In this document: piece after piece, positions 42,615-52,123 of the stretch
Position numbering within the stretch: the stretch's first letter is position 1
Layout of the letters: each line of letters begins with the position of its first letter
Source of the DNA: an uncultured Candidatus Binatia bacterium
GTDB lineage: Bacteria; Desulfobacterota; Binatia; Bin18
Direction: 5' to 3'
Assembly: GCA_965242795.1 (NCBI GenBank)
Contig: OZ251505.1
Span: 363,000-426,999 of the forward strand
DNA length: 64,000 nt
Translations under genes and position numbers: made by a program
Notes under the pieces: model-generated
What the model was told of the DNA's origin: nothing
Databases searched by the model: none
Seen by the model: only the letters and a program-made list of their open reading frames with translations

Positions 42615-44756
42615 TCAGTTCTTCACGGGAGTGACGGTCCCGTCGACCCGTGTATATCCTCGGACGGAGATCGGGTCGGCACTGAAGACTTGGCACGTCG
42701 TGCGCCGCCGTGCTTCCACATCCGTCTTGCCCGCCGCCACCAGGGCCGCTTCGAAGTCGGCGGGCGTGCCGTCTGCCGCCGTCCGGCCCGGCCAGTACGT
42801 GAAGAGCGTCTCCGGTGCCACCTCCACGTTCCACGCGACCGGTGCGGCCCCATCCCGTTGCCCGCATTGCAGGCTGACGCGGCACGGGTCGGCGGTCTCC
42901 GCGTCGGGTTGGTACGCTTTCCGGCAGTAGAAATGCACCCACGCTTGCCAGGGGGAAAGATTCATCAAGGTCGCCACGTGTGACGGGGCGGATGCGTCGA
43001 ATGTGGCCGGCTTGTCCGCGACTGGAACGAGACCCCCGCCCACCCGGGTGTACGCTCGGGCATCCATCGGGTCGGGGCTGAAGACTCGGCACGTCGTGCG
43101 CCGCCGCGCTTCCACCTCCGTTTTGCCCGCCGCCACCAACGCCGCTTCGAAGTCGGCGGGCGTGCCGTCCGCCGCCGTTCGGCCCGGCCAGTACGAGACG
43201 ATCGTCTCCGGTGCGACGTCCACGCGCCACGCGACCGCTCCGTCCTGTTGCCCGCATTGCAGGGTTACCCGGCATGGGTCGGCGGTCTCCGCGTCGGGTT
43301 GCTGCGCTTTCCGGCAGTAGAAATGGACCCAGGCTTGCGCAGGGGCCAAGTTCATCAGCGTCGCCTGTAGGGAGCCCCTGCCGGCTACCTTGCGGGCCGA
43401 GTCCGTAGCGACTGCGGCATGCCCCAGAGAGGCGGCAGTGGCGGAGGCGCTGGCGGGCGTGATCGTTCCGCCGTTGAGGTTCAGGGCGTTGGCCGCGATG
43501 CTGATGCCGTCCGTGTCGGAATCCGTCGCCTGCACGGCATACGTGAACACGAGCAGCGTCCCTTTGGACTGGCTGGCGTCGTAGGTAGCCTGCCGCGTCT
43601 CGGTCCCGATGGTCAGGCCGAGCTGCGGCGTGCCCGTCACCGTCACCGCCTCGCTGAACGTCACGGCGACCCGAATCCGTTCGCCCGGGCCATAGGCGTC
43701 CCCACTTGTGGGGGTTCCCGTAAACCTGACGGCGTTCACCCGCAGATTCGTCCGGGGGGCCGGACTGCCGGGACGGGGATTCGTCCCATCGACACGGAGT
43801 ACATAAACGTTCGAATCGGCACCGGAGGGGGTGGCCTGCCAAGCGGTGAAAGCGATCTGCGTGCCATCGGGCGACCATGCGGGGAAATTACAACCAAAGG
43901 GGGGTGCCGGAGAATTGCGTGTCAGTCGAACCGGGTCACTCCCGTCGGCGTGCATGACGTACAGATCCTTACCGGCGCCGGAGCGCTCGGAGAAGAAGGC
44001 GACCTGCGCGCCATCGGGCGACCATGCGGGGATGGAGTCGATGGCAGGATGCTGCGTCAGCCGGACGACGTTCCCGCCGTCGGCGTGCATAGTGTAGATG
44101 TCCCAATTGCCGGCGCGCAGGGAGGTAAAAGCGATGCGTGCGCCATCGGGCGACCACGCCGGCTTGGTGTTGTAGGAAGGATGCTGCGTCAGCCGGACGA
44201 CGTTCCCGCCGTCGGCGTGCATGGTGTAGATGTCCCAATTGCCGGCGCGCAGGGAAGTAAAAGCGATCCGCGTGCCATCGGGCGACCACGCCGGCTCGGT
44301 GTCAATCGAAGGATGCTGCGTCAGCCGGACGACGTTCCTCCCGTCGGCGTGCATGACGTAAATCTCTTCATTGCCGGCGCGCAGGGAGACAAAAGCGATC
44401 CGCGTGCCGTCCGGCGACCATGCGGGACAATCATCGGAATACTGGGGTTGCGTCAGTTGGACGGGATTACTCCCATCGGCGTGCATGACGTAAATCTCTT
44501 GATTGCCGGCGCGCGTGGAGGCAAAAGCGATGCGCGTGCCGTCCGGCGACCATGCCGGATCCTTATCGGAACCGGAAGATCGCGTCAGTTGAACAGGTTC
44601 ACGGACGACGAGACCCGCCTGCGCCCAGCCGTTGGGCGGCGCGGCCAGTCCACATGGAAGGGCCACGCCCACTGCCAACATTCCTTGGAAAAGCCGTTCC
44701 GCTCTCCTGAGAAAGGCGGCGGAAGCCGGAGGACTCATGTTCGACTCTTCTCGCAT
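42615..44756 (-). CDS. secreted TolB-like beta-propeller protein (6 PD40 repeats) with one copy of the autotransporter-type 105-aa repeat and a duplicated 110-aa Cys-rich C-terminal domain
   Basis: Six PAWSPDG(T)RIAF(T)S.RAGN.(E/D)IY.MHADG repeats. Then VRFTGTPTSGDAYGPGERIRVAVTFSEAVTVTGTPQLGLTIG...LNGGTI.... Then two copies of TLMNL.P.QAWVHFYCRKA.QPDAETADPCRV.LQCGQ.DGA...W.V.VAPET...YWPGRTAADGTPADFEAALVAAGKT.VEARRRTTC.VFS.DP. Confidence 0.8.
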   Translation of the reverse strand: MREESNMSPPASAAFLRRAERLFQGMLAVGVALPCGLAAPPNGWAQAGLVVREPVQLTRSSGSDKDPAWSPDGTRIAFASTRAGNQEIYVMHADGSNPVQLTQPQYSDDCPAWSPDGTRIAFVSLRAGNEEIYVMHADGRNVVRLTQHPSIDTEPAWSPDGTRIAFTSLRAGNWDIYTMHADGGNVVRLTQHPSYNTKPAWSPDGARIAFTSLRAGNWDIYTMHADGGNVVRLTQHPAIDSIPAWSPDGAQVAFFSERSGAGKDLYVMHADGSDPVRLTRNSPAPPFGCNFPAWSPDGTQIAFTAWQATPSGADSNVYVLRVDGTNPRPGSPAPRTNLRVNAVRFTGTPTSGDAYGPGERIRVAVTFSEAVTVTGTPQLGLTIGTETRQATYDASQSKGTLLVFTYAVQATDSDTDGISIAANALNLNGGTITPASASATAASLGHAAVATDSARKVAGRGSLQATLMNLAPAQAWVHFYCRKAQQPDAETADPCRVTLQCGQQDGAVAWRVDVAPETIVSYWPGRTAADGTPADFEAALVAAGKTEVEARRRTTCRVFSPDPMDARAYTRVGGGLVPVADKPATFDASAPSHVATLMNLSPWQAWVHFYCRKAYQPDAETADPCRVSLQCGQRDGAAPVAWNVEVAPETLFTYWPGRTAADGTPADFEAALVAAGKTDVEARRRTTCQVFSADPISVRGYTRVDGTVTPVKN

Positions 44757-44916
44757 GGATTTCTCATCGGCCCACCATACCGATACCTATCGAGAAAAGC
44801 AGCGGGAATGACGTGCGCGGAGTCGGCATCGGATTGCCGCCTTCGGCGCATTCGGCTACCAAGCGGGAGGACCGTTTTCCGTGGCGCTTCACCATTCCGT
44901 TCTGAGGGGGACGAAC

Positions 44917-45699
44917 ATGAGCATCCGTTTGCGGCAGATCTGTTTCGTGGCCGAGAAACTGGCGCCGGTCGCCGACGACTTGCACGCCGTCTTCGGCCTG
45001 AACGTCTGTTTCGTGGACGAAGGGGTCGGCGTCTTCGGCTTGGAGAATGCGTTGTTTCCGGTCGGGACGAATTTTTTCGAGGTCGTCGCGCCGGTGCGGA
45101 ACGACACCGCGGCCGGCCGCTTTCTCCACCGGCGTGACGGCGACGGCGGCTACATGGTGATCTGCCAGTGCGACAGCCGCGCCACGCAGTTGGCACGCCG
45201 TGCGCGGGCCGGCGCCCTCGGCGTGCGGATCGCCTGGGAACGCGACCTCGACGGGTTCCGGTGCATGCAACTCCATCCCGGCGATACGGGCGGCGCCTTC
45301 TTCGAGTTGGATTGGGACCCGCACGACGAGCCGCAGGGACATTGGGAACCCGCCGGCGGCAGCGGCTGGGAGTCCGCCCGCAACACCGACGTCGTCTCCC
45401 ACTACACCTCGGTCGAGTTGCAATCCCACGACCCGCTGGCCATGGCGCGGCGCTGGGCCGATATCGCCGGCATTCCGCTCGGTCACGACGGCCGGGGGCG
45501 AACGGTGCTGCCCTTGGAGAATGCCGACCTGCGCTTCGTCGAGGCGACCGACGGACGCGGGGACGGCCTGGGCGGCGTCGATCTCGTCGTGAACGACCGT
45601 AAGCGGCTGCTCGACGCCGCGGCGGCACGCGGCTGCCGTGTTGCGGACGACCGCGTCGACGTGTGCGGAGTGCGTTTCTCTCTCCGCGACGCGGTATAG
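44917..45699 (+). CDS. VOC/glyoxalase-like domain protein
   Basis: MSIRLRQICFVAEKLAPVADDLHAVFGLNVCFVDEGVGVFGLENALFPVGTNFFEVVAP... Internal ATG in ORF 44881..45699. Confidence 0.65.
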   Translation: MSIRLRQICFVAEKLAPVADDLHAVFGLNVCFVDEGVGVFGLENALFPVGTNFFEVVAPVRNDTAAGRFLHRRDGDGGYMVICQCDSRATQLARRARAGALGVRIAWERDLDGFRCMQLHPGDTGGAFFELDWDPHDEPQGHWEPAGGSGWESARNTDVVSHYTSVELQSHDPLAMARRWADIAGIPLGHDGRGRTVLPLENADLRFVEATDGRGDGLGGVDLVVNDRKRLLDAAAARGCRVADDRVDVCGVRFSLRDAV

Positions 45700-45741
45700 G
45701 CAAGCGGTACCCTCCAGAGGGGACGGGCTGTTTCCCCCCCA

Positions 45742-46035
45742 AGTTCGTTGAGCCTGTCGAAACGAACCCCGTCGGAGGACATCGAAAGGTAGCGCGCGAA
45801 AGAGTCCGTAAGGGCGAAAGATTTTTCGCCCCTACACCCGCCCGCGGAGCCCCGGTTCCCGAGCCTGTTGAAAGGTCGAAGGACATGGCTCCGAAGGCAG
45901 TGGTCACCCGGGGTTCGTTTCGACAAGCTCAACGAACTGAGGTTAGGGACGAGAACAGCCCTGAGCTTGTGAGAGGGCCGAAAGGTTGAAGGGTGTCGCA
46001 ACGGGCGTGGAATCCTCTTGTATGGAATGCCCGTC
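45742..46035. repeat. Composite array of dispersed repeats (family A 'TGAGCCTGTCGAAAGG', family B palindrome, and a 'gcaacgggc..ctcttgtatg' module)
   Basis: gttcgttgagcctgtcgaaacgaacc; gtaagggcgaaagatttttcgcccctacac; gagcctgttgaaaggtcgaagg; ggttcgtttcgacaagctcaacgaac (family A in inverse orientation); tgtcgcaacgggcgtggaatcctcttgtatggaatgcccg (related copy at 63070-63115). Confidence 0.65.
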
Positions 46036-46135
46036 AGTTGCCGTATTTTTGGTCGATCACGCCCCGGATCACGTCCGGGGGAACGCCCGACTCGAACAGG
46101 GAGGACGCATCCTGCGCCTCGTTCAGGCAGTGCGG

Positions 46136-46438
46136 TCAACCCGCGGCGTGGTCGTCCGCGAAACAGTCGAGCAGGTGCCGGTGCCCCATGCTGCCGTCGC
46201 AGCCGCAGTAGCAGTGCAGTTCGGCCAGTACGTCCGGGATCGCCTGCGCGATACCGTATCCCTCTCGCACCGCACCGCGGAACCGCTCGGGCGGTAACGT
46301 TTCCGGCAATTCCTGCGCGGCCGGCGCCGCGGCCTCCGGCGTGCGAACCGGCTCGGCTCGAAGGGGGACGGCGAGGGCTGGCGTCAGGAGGAGAACGCCC
46401 AGGACCGCCGCGAGCGGGCGGACTTTCTCGATTCGCAT
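46136..46438 (-). CDS. PCYCGC-motif secreted protein
   Basis: Signal peptide MRIEKVRPLAAVLGVLLLTPALA and the ...LHCYCGCDGSMGHRHLLDCF motif. Confidence 0.65.
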   Translation of the reverse strand: MRIEKVRPLAAVLGVLLLTPALAVPLRAEPVRTPEAAAPAAQELPETLPPERFRGAVREGYGIAQAIPDVLAELHCYCGCDGSMGHRHLLDCFADDHAAG

Positions 46439-46457
46439 GCGTCGGACGCTCCTTCCC

Positions 46458-47483
46458 TTATTTTCCTGCTGCGACCGGGCGGTGCCGGAGCGGTCGCGGG
46501 GCGACCGGGTGTTCGCCGCGGTACTCCAGAAAACGGCCGACCAGGTCGTGGAACTCTCCGGCGCTGCGCAACTCCTTCATGGCCAAGCGCAGCGGCCGGC
46601 ACGGGCCGAAGGATTTGGCGTACCAGTCGATGGTCTTGCGGAACTGCATACAGGCGAGACGTTCGCCGCGCTGCTGGACGGCGCGCGTGAAGTGCCGGGT
46701 CATGAACGCGACCCGCTCGACGAGGCTCGGCGCGGGCCGCGGCTCGGTCCCGTCCAGGCCGGCCCGGATCGACCGGAAGACCCACGGGTCGGCGAGCGCG
46801 CCGCGACCGATCACTAGCCCGGCGCAGCCGGTTTCCTCCAGCATCCGTTTCGCGCTTGCGGCGTCGCACACGTCGCCGTTGCCGAAGACGGGCAGGCCCG
46901 GGACCGCGTCCACGACCGCGCGGATGCCGGCCAAGTCCACCGCCCCGGCGAACGCGCCGGCGCGCGTCCGGCCGTGGATGGTCAGCGCGGCCACGCCGGC
47001 GTCCGCCAGGATGGGCGCCAGCCGCGGGGCCTGCAGGTCGGCAGCGTCCCAGCCCAGGCGGGTCTTCACCGTCACGGGGACCGTCACCGCGCGCGTCACC
47101 GCGGCGACGAACGCGCCCGTCTGCTCGGGGTCCTTCAGCATGGCCGCGCCCGCACCCAGCTTGACGACTTTTTCCACCGGGCAGCCCATGTTGATGTCGA
47201 TGGCGTCCGCGCCCCACTCCTGCAGCCGGACCGCGGCGTCGCGCACCTCCTCGGCGACCGGGCCGAACACCTGCACGCCGAGCGGGCGGTCTTCGGCGCG
47301 CGTCTCGATCAACTCGAACGCCCGGCGGTTGCCTTCCAGCAGCGAGCGGGCGTGCACGAGCTCGGTCGTCGCCCAGCCGAATCCGCCCACCTCGCGCATG
47401 CCCCAGCGGAACGGCAGGGTCGTGTAGCCCGCCAACGGGGCGAGCCGGAGATCGGTCGGCGGTGGAGGATGCGCGCTTCGCAC
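46458..47483 (-). CDS. dus: tRNA-dihydrouridine synthase
   Basis: ...LAPLAGYTTLPFR...VQVFG...IDINMGCPVEKVVKLGAGAAML... is the Dus TIM-barrel signature. Confidence 0.9.
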   Translation of the reverse strand: MRSAHPPPPTDLRLAPLAGYTTLPFRWGMREVGGFGWATTELVHARSLLEGNRRAFELIETRAEDRPLGVQVFGPVAEEVRDAAVRLQEWGADAIDINMGCPVEKVVKLGAGAAMLKDPEQTGAFVAAVTRAVTVPVTVKTRLGWDAADLQAPRLAPILADAGVAALTIHGRTRAGAFAGAVDLAGIRAVVDAVPGLPVFGNGDVCDAASAKRMLEETGCAGLVIGRGALADPWVFRSIRAGLDGTEPRPAPSLVERVAFMTRHFTRAVQQRGERLACMQFRKTIDWYAKSFGPCRPLRLAMKELRSAGEFHDLVGRFLEYRGEHPVAPRPLRHRPVAAGK

Positions 47484-47511
47484 GGGTGACCTCGGAACCG
47501 TCCCGCTCCGC

Positions 47512-49380
47512 TCAGCGGCGGTCGAACTGGCCCTCGAGTTGGTGCACGGGCAGGCGCACCACGGTCGGCCGGCCGTGCGGGCAGACGAACGGCGAGCCGC
47601 ACGCCAGCAGACTTTCGACCAGGGCGTGCATGGCCGGCTGGGTCAACGTCTGGCCGGCCTTGATCGATTTCACCTTGCACGCGATGCGCGCCGCCATGTC
47701 CTCCTGCCGGGCCTCGACGGAATTGTCCGAACGGCCTTCGGCCGCGGCGTCGGCCAACTCGCGGATCAAGTCGGGGGCATCGTCGGGCCGGACGTACGCC
47801 GGCGCGGCCTGGACCTGGAAGCTGTTGCCGCCGAACGGTCGGACGTCGAAGCCGACCCGTTCCAGAAACGTTTGCAGGTCTTCCAGCACGCCGGCCGCGG
47901 CCGGCGCCAAGTCGAACGTGAGCGGCACGAGCAGCGGTTGCACCGCGGCCGGCGCGGTGCGCAGGTTGTCGAGCACCTGCTCGTACAGAATGCGCTCGTG
48001 GGCGGCGTGCTGATCGACGATCCACACCTCGCCCTCGACCTCGACGACGACGAACAGGTCGTGGCTCTGGCCTACGACGCGGAACTCGGCGCCGTCGGGC
48101 CGCTGCCACAGCGCGGCCTGCCCGCCCACGGGGGTGAAGGGGGTGACGGCGTCGTGCACCGCGGGGTGCGCCACGGTGCGCAGCCGCGTTTCGGCCCGCG
48201 TGGCGTACGACGTCCGGCGACCGTTCGCCGGTGTCCCGCGGCGCGGATAATCCGCTGGGTCGGGCATCGGAACGGTGGCGTCCACGGCCACGCTTTCGGT
48301 GCGGCCGGCCGGATCGCTCCGTGCGGCCGGCCCGGCCGGCGCGGCGGAGCGGGACAGCGGCATCTCCTTGAACGACAGCGCGCGGTCGAGGCTGTCGCGC
48401 ACCGTGCGCACGACGGCGTGCAACACGTGGCGCTCGTGGCTGAACTTCACTTCGCGTTTGGTCGGATGGACGTTGACGTCGACCCGGTCGGCCGGCAGCG
48501 TCAGCAGTACGACGCCCATCGGAAAGCGGCCGGCCGGCAGGAGTTCGCCGTAGCCGCGGGCGAGCGCGAACGACAGCGGCGCGCTTTTCACCAAGCGCGC
48601 GTTGACGAAGAAGTACTGGCCGGTACGCGTGTTGCGGTGCCGGTCGGGCGGACAGACGACGCCGGTCACGCCCACGCCTTCTTCGGCGAGCGACGCCTGT
48701 GCGTCCGGCAGCCGGATGATGCCGTGCGTCCAGTCGCCGCCCAGGACGGCCTTGGCGCGGCCTTCCACGTCCGGGTGCCGCGGGGCGTTGAACACCTCCC
48801 GCCCGTCCGCACGGAAACGGAAATGGACGTCGGGGTGCGACAGCGCCAGCCCGACCAGCGCGTCGTGCACCTGATGGCTTTCCGCGGCCGGCGACTTGAG
48901 AAACGCGCGCCGCGGCGGCGTGTTGAAGAAGACGTGGCGCGCGGTCACCGTCGTGCCCGGCGGGCCGCCCGCGGGCGTGACCTGGACGTCCGCCCCGCCT
49001 TCGGTCCGCACGCGCACGCCTTCGACGGCCTCGGGCGTCCGCGACCGCAGCTCGACGTGGGTGACGGCCGCGATGCTGGCCAGCGCCTCCCCCCGGAAGC
49101 CGAGCGTGGTCAGCGCGAACAGGTCGTCGCTGGACCGGATCTTACTGGTCGCGTGGCGCCGGAAGGCGTGGGCAGCGTCCGCGGCCGCGATGCCGTGGCC
49201 GTCGTCCTGTACCGTGATCTCGTCGATGCCGCCGCGCACGACCGCCACGCGGATCGCGCCCGCGCCCGCATCCAGGGCGTTTTCGACGAGTTCCTTGACG
49301 ATCGACGCCGGCCGCTCGATGACCTCGCCCGCGCGGATCTGCTCGATCGTCGACCGGTCGAGGAGCCGGATGCGGTTCAT
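47512..49380 (-). CDS. mutL: DNA mismatch repair protein MutL
   Basis: MNRIRLLDRSTIEQIRAGEVIERPASIVKELVENALDAGA (GHKL). The C-terminal dimerisation domain ends ...VCPHGRPTVVRLPVHQLEGQFDRR. Confidence 0.9.
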   Translation of the reverse strand: MNRIRLLDRSTIEQIRAGEVIERPASIVKELVENALDAGAGAIRVAVVRGGIDEITVQDDGHGIAAADAAHAFRRHATSKIRSSDDLFALTTLGFRGEALASIAAVTHVELRSRTPEAVEGVRVRTEGGADVQVTPAGGPPGTTVTARHVFFNTPPRRAFLKSPAAESHQVHDALVGLALSHPDVHFRFRADGREVFNAPRHPDVEGRAKAVLGGDWTHGIIRLPDAQASLAEEGVGVTGVVCPPDRHRNTRTGQYFFVNARLVKSAPLSFALARGYGELLPAGRFPMGVVLLTLPADRVDVNVHPTKREVKFSHERHVLHAVVRTVRDSLDRALSFKEMPLSRSAAPAGPAARSDPAGRTESVAVDATVPMPDPADYPRRGTPANGRRTSYATRAETRLRTVAHPAVHDAVTPFTPVGGQAALWQRPDGAEFRVVGQSHDLFVVVEVEGEVWIVDQHAAHERILYEQVLDNLRTAPAAVQPLLVPLTFDLAPAAAGVLEDLQTFLERVGFDVRPFGGNSFQVQAAPAYVRPDDAPDLIRELADAAAEGRSDNSVEARQEDMAARIACKVKSIKAGQTLTQPAMHALVESLLACGSPFVCPHGRPTVVRLPVHQLEGQFDRR

Positions 49381-51881
49381 ACGTTCGCCTCGCCCGCGTG
49401 GCCGAACAGCCCGAGCTGGTCCGGCGGCCGGCCCTTGGCCGCGGCGCGGCGAGGGCGGGCCGGGCGCACCAACTCGGCCGAGCCCTCCAGGTCGTGGAGA
49501 ATTTCTTCCGCGCGGTCGGTCACGCCGCGCGGCAGGCCGGCCAGCTTGGCGACGTGGATGCCGTACGACTGGTCCGACGCGCCGGCGATCACCTTGTACA
49601 GAAAGACGACTTCGTCCCGCCATTCGCGGACCGCGAACGTGGCGTTGACGATGCCTGGCAGGCGGTGCGCCAGATCGGTCAACTCGTGGAAGTGCGTGGC
49701 GAACAGGGTGCGTGGCCGCGGCCCGTCGGTATCAACCAGAAATTCGATGATCGCGCGCGCGATGGACAGTCCGTCCGCGGTGGACGTGCCGCGGCCGATC
49801 TCGTCCAGCAGCAGCAGGCTGCGGTCGGTGGCGGCGTTCAGTATCTGCGCGGTCTCGATCATTTCCACGGCGAACGTGCTCTCGCCCAGGGCCAGATTGT
49901 CCGAAGCCCCGATGCGCGTGAAGATCCGGTCCACGATTCCGACGCGCGCCTGCGTGGCCGGCACGAACGCGCCGGCCTGCGCCAGCAGCACGATCAGCGC
50001 GGCTTGGCGCAGATACACGGACTTGCCGCTCATGTTCGGCGCGGTGAGCAGCACGAATTGCTGTGCGTCGCGGTCGAGGCGGGCGTCGTTCTCCACGAAC
50101 GCGCCCGGCCCGAGCAGGGCTTCCACCACGGGATGCCGGCCGCCGACGATCGCCAGTTCGGGCGCCTCGGTCATCTCGGGCCGCACGTAGCCGCGGTCCA
50201 CCGCGACCCAGGCGAAGCAGGCGAGCACGTCGACCGTGGCGCACGCCTGGGCCAGCGTCTGCAATGGCGGCACGTGGCGCAGCACCAGCGCGCAGAGTTC
50301 GGCGAACAACTCCTGCTCCAGGGAGACGGACCGCTCCTGCGCGGTGAGAATGCGGTCTTCGTATTCCTTCAGCTCGGGCGTGACGAACCGTTCGGCGTTG
50401 GCCAGCGTCTGTTTGCGCACGTAGCGGTCGGGCACCTTCGCCATGTGCGTCTTGGAGACTTCCAGGTAGTAGCCGAACACGCGGTTGTAGCCGATCTTGA
50501 GCGAGGGGATGCCGGTCTGTTCGCTCTCGCGCGCCTGCAACTCGGCGAGCCACTGCTTGGCGTCGCGGGTCAGGGTGTGGAGTTCGTCCAGCTCGGGCGC
50601 GTAGCCCGCGGCGATCACGCCGCCGTCGCGCAGGTGGGCCGGCGGCGCCTCGACCAGCGCCCGGCGCAGGCCGTCGGCCAGCGCGCCGAGGTCCGCGGCG
50701 AGGGCGGCACGCTGCGCGCACAGCAGCGGGCTGCGCACCGGGGCGAGCGCTTCGACCGCGGCCGGAATCCGCGCCAGCGAGTCGCGCAGCGCCGCGGCGT
50801 CCTTGGGCGTCGCCACGCGGCAACTGAAGCGCGCGGCCAGACGTTCGAGGTCGCGCACCGCGGACAGGCCGGCGCGGACCGCCTCCAGCACGTCCGGCGC
50901 GCCGGCGAGTTCCTGCACCGCGGCGTGCCGTTCGGTGATCGCCGGCACGGACAGCAGCGGGTTGCGCAGCCACGTCTGGACCAGCCGGCCGCCCATCGGC
51001 GTGACCGTCCGGTCCAGCACGTCGAGCAGGGTCTTGCCGCGCAGGTCCGGGTTGGCCGGCCGGAAGAGTTCCAGGCTGCGCTCGACCACCGCGCCGAGCT
51101 GCATGACGTCGCCGGTCCGGCGGCGTTTGGGCAGTCCGACGTGGGGCAGCGCGCCGCGCATGTGCTGTTGCAGGAAGCGCAGCACGAGCGCCGCGGCCGC
51201 GGTCGTTTCGGGGTCGAGTTCCAGGGCGCGCAGCGAGTCCAGGCCGTAGAAGTCGCGGATGCACGTCAGGCTGTCTTCGTCGCCGGCGCGCCAGTCGTCC
51301 AGGCGGGTCACCGCGGCCTGCGGGCGGCCGCCGCAGTAGCGCGCGACGGCGCGGTGTTCGGCCAAGGTCTTGGTCGTCACGATTTCGTGGGGGGCGAGCC
51401 GGTCCAGCGCGTCGCCGACCGCGGCCTCGTCTTCGTTCCAGAACTGGAAGCCGCCGGTCGTCGGCTCCAGCACCGCCAGCCCCCAGCGCTTGCCGCGCGC
51501 GAACAGCCCGAGCAACGCCGGGCTGGCCGGGTCGGTCTCGTTCTCCACGTAGGTGGACGGCGTGACGACGCGCGTGACCTCGCGTTTGACCAGCCCCTTG
51601 GCGGTTTTGGGATCTTCGACCTGTTCGCACAGCGCGACTTTCTTGCCGAGCTTGACCAGCCGCGCGATGTAGCCGTGGACCGCGTGGTGCGGCACCCCGC
51701 ACATCGGCACCTTGCCGACCCCGCCGTCGCGCGCGGTCAGCGTCAGGTCGAGCCACTCCGCGACGCGCGGCGCGTCGTCGAAGAAAATCTCGTAGAAATC
51801 GCCCAACCGGAACAGGACGACCGCGTCCTGGTGCTGCTGCTTGACCGATCGGTACTGCTGCATCAGCGGGGTCAGGGCCAT
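49377..51881 (-). CDS. mutS: DNA mismatch repair protein MutS
   Basis: MALTPLMQQYRSVKQQHQDAVVLFRLGDFYEIFFDDA...; Walker A TGPNMSGKS; 4-bp overlap with mutL. Confidence 0.95.
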   Translation of the reverse strand: MALTPLMQQYRSVKQQHQDAVVLFRLGDFYEIFFDDAPRVAEWLDLTLTARDGGVGKVPMCGVPHHAVHGYIARLVKLGKKVALCEQVEDPKTAKGLVKREVTRVVTPSTYVENETDPASPALLGLFARGKRWGLAVLEPTTGGFQFWNEDEAAVGDALDRLAPHEIVTTKTLAEHRAVARYCGGRPQAAVTRLDDWRAGDEDSLTCIRDFYGLDSLRALELDPETTAAAALVLRFLQQHMRGALPHVGLPKRRRTGDVMQLGAVVERSLELFRPANPDLRGKTLLDVLDRTVTPMGGRLVQTWLRNPLLSVPAITERHAAVQELAGAPDVLEAVRAGLSAVRDLERLAARFSCRVATPKDAAALRDSLARIPAAVEALAPVRSPLLCAQRAALAADLGALADGLRRALVEAPPAHLRDGGVIAAGYAPELDELHTLTRDAKQWLAELQARESEQTGIPSLKIGYNRVFGYYLEVSKTHMAKVPDRYVRKQTLANAERFVTPELKEYEDRILTAQERSVSLEQELFAELCALVLRHVPPLQTLAQACATVDVLACFAWVAVDRGYVRPEMTEAPELAIVGGRHPVVEALLGPGAFVENDARLDRDAQQFVLLTAPNMSGKSVYLRQAALIVLLAQAGAFVPATQARVGIVDRIFTRIGASDNLALGESTFAVEMIETAQILNAATDRSLLLLDEIGRGTSTADGLSIARAIIEFLVDTDGPRPRTLFATHFHELTDLAHRLPGIVNATFAVREWRDEVVFLYKVIAGASDQSYGIHVAKLAGLPRGVTDRAEEILHDLEGSAELVRPARPRRAAAKGRPPDQLGLFGHAGEANV

Positions 51882-52123
51882 AGGGCGTTCTCCGCGGGCC
51901 GGGCACGACCGGATCGACGAGGGAGGGACCGGCTCCGCCCCTCTTATCAGCTTCCACGCCGCGGAACAGCCCGGCGGCCGCGGCCCCGCGGGCGTGGATC
52001 CGACCGCCGGCCGCTCTTGATCTTGCCCGCGGAAACCGGACAATTGCCGCGCGTCGTTCGACATTTCCCCACGCAGAGGACCCCCGGTCGCGTCCCGCAT
52101 CGACCGGACCGAAGGAGCCGACC

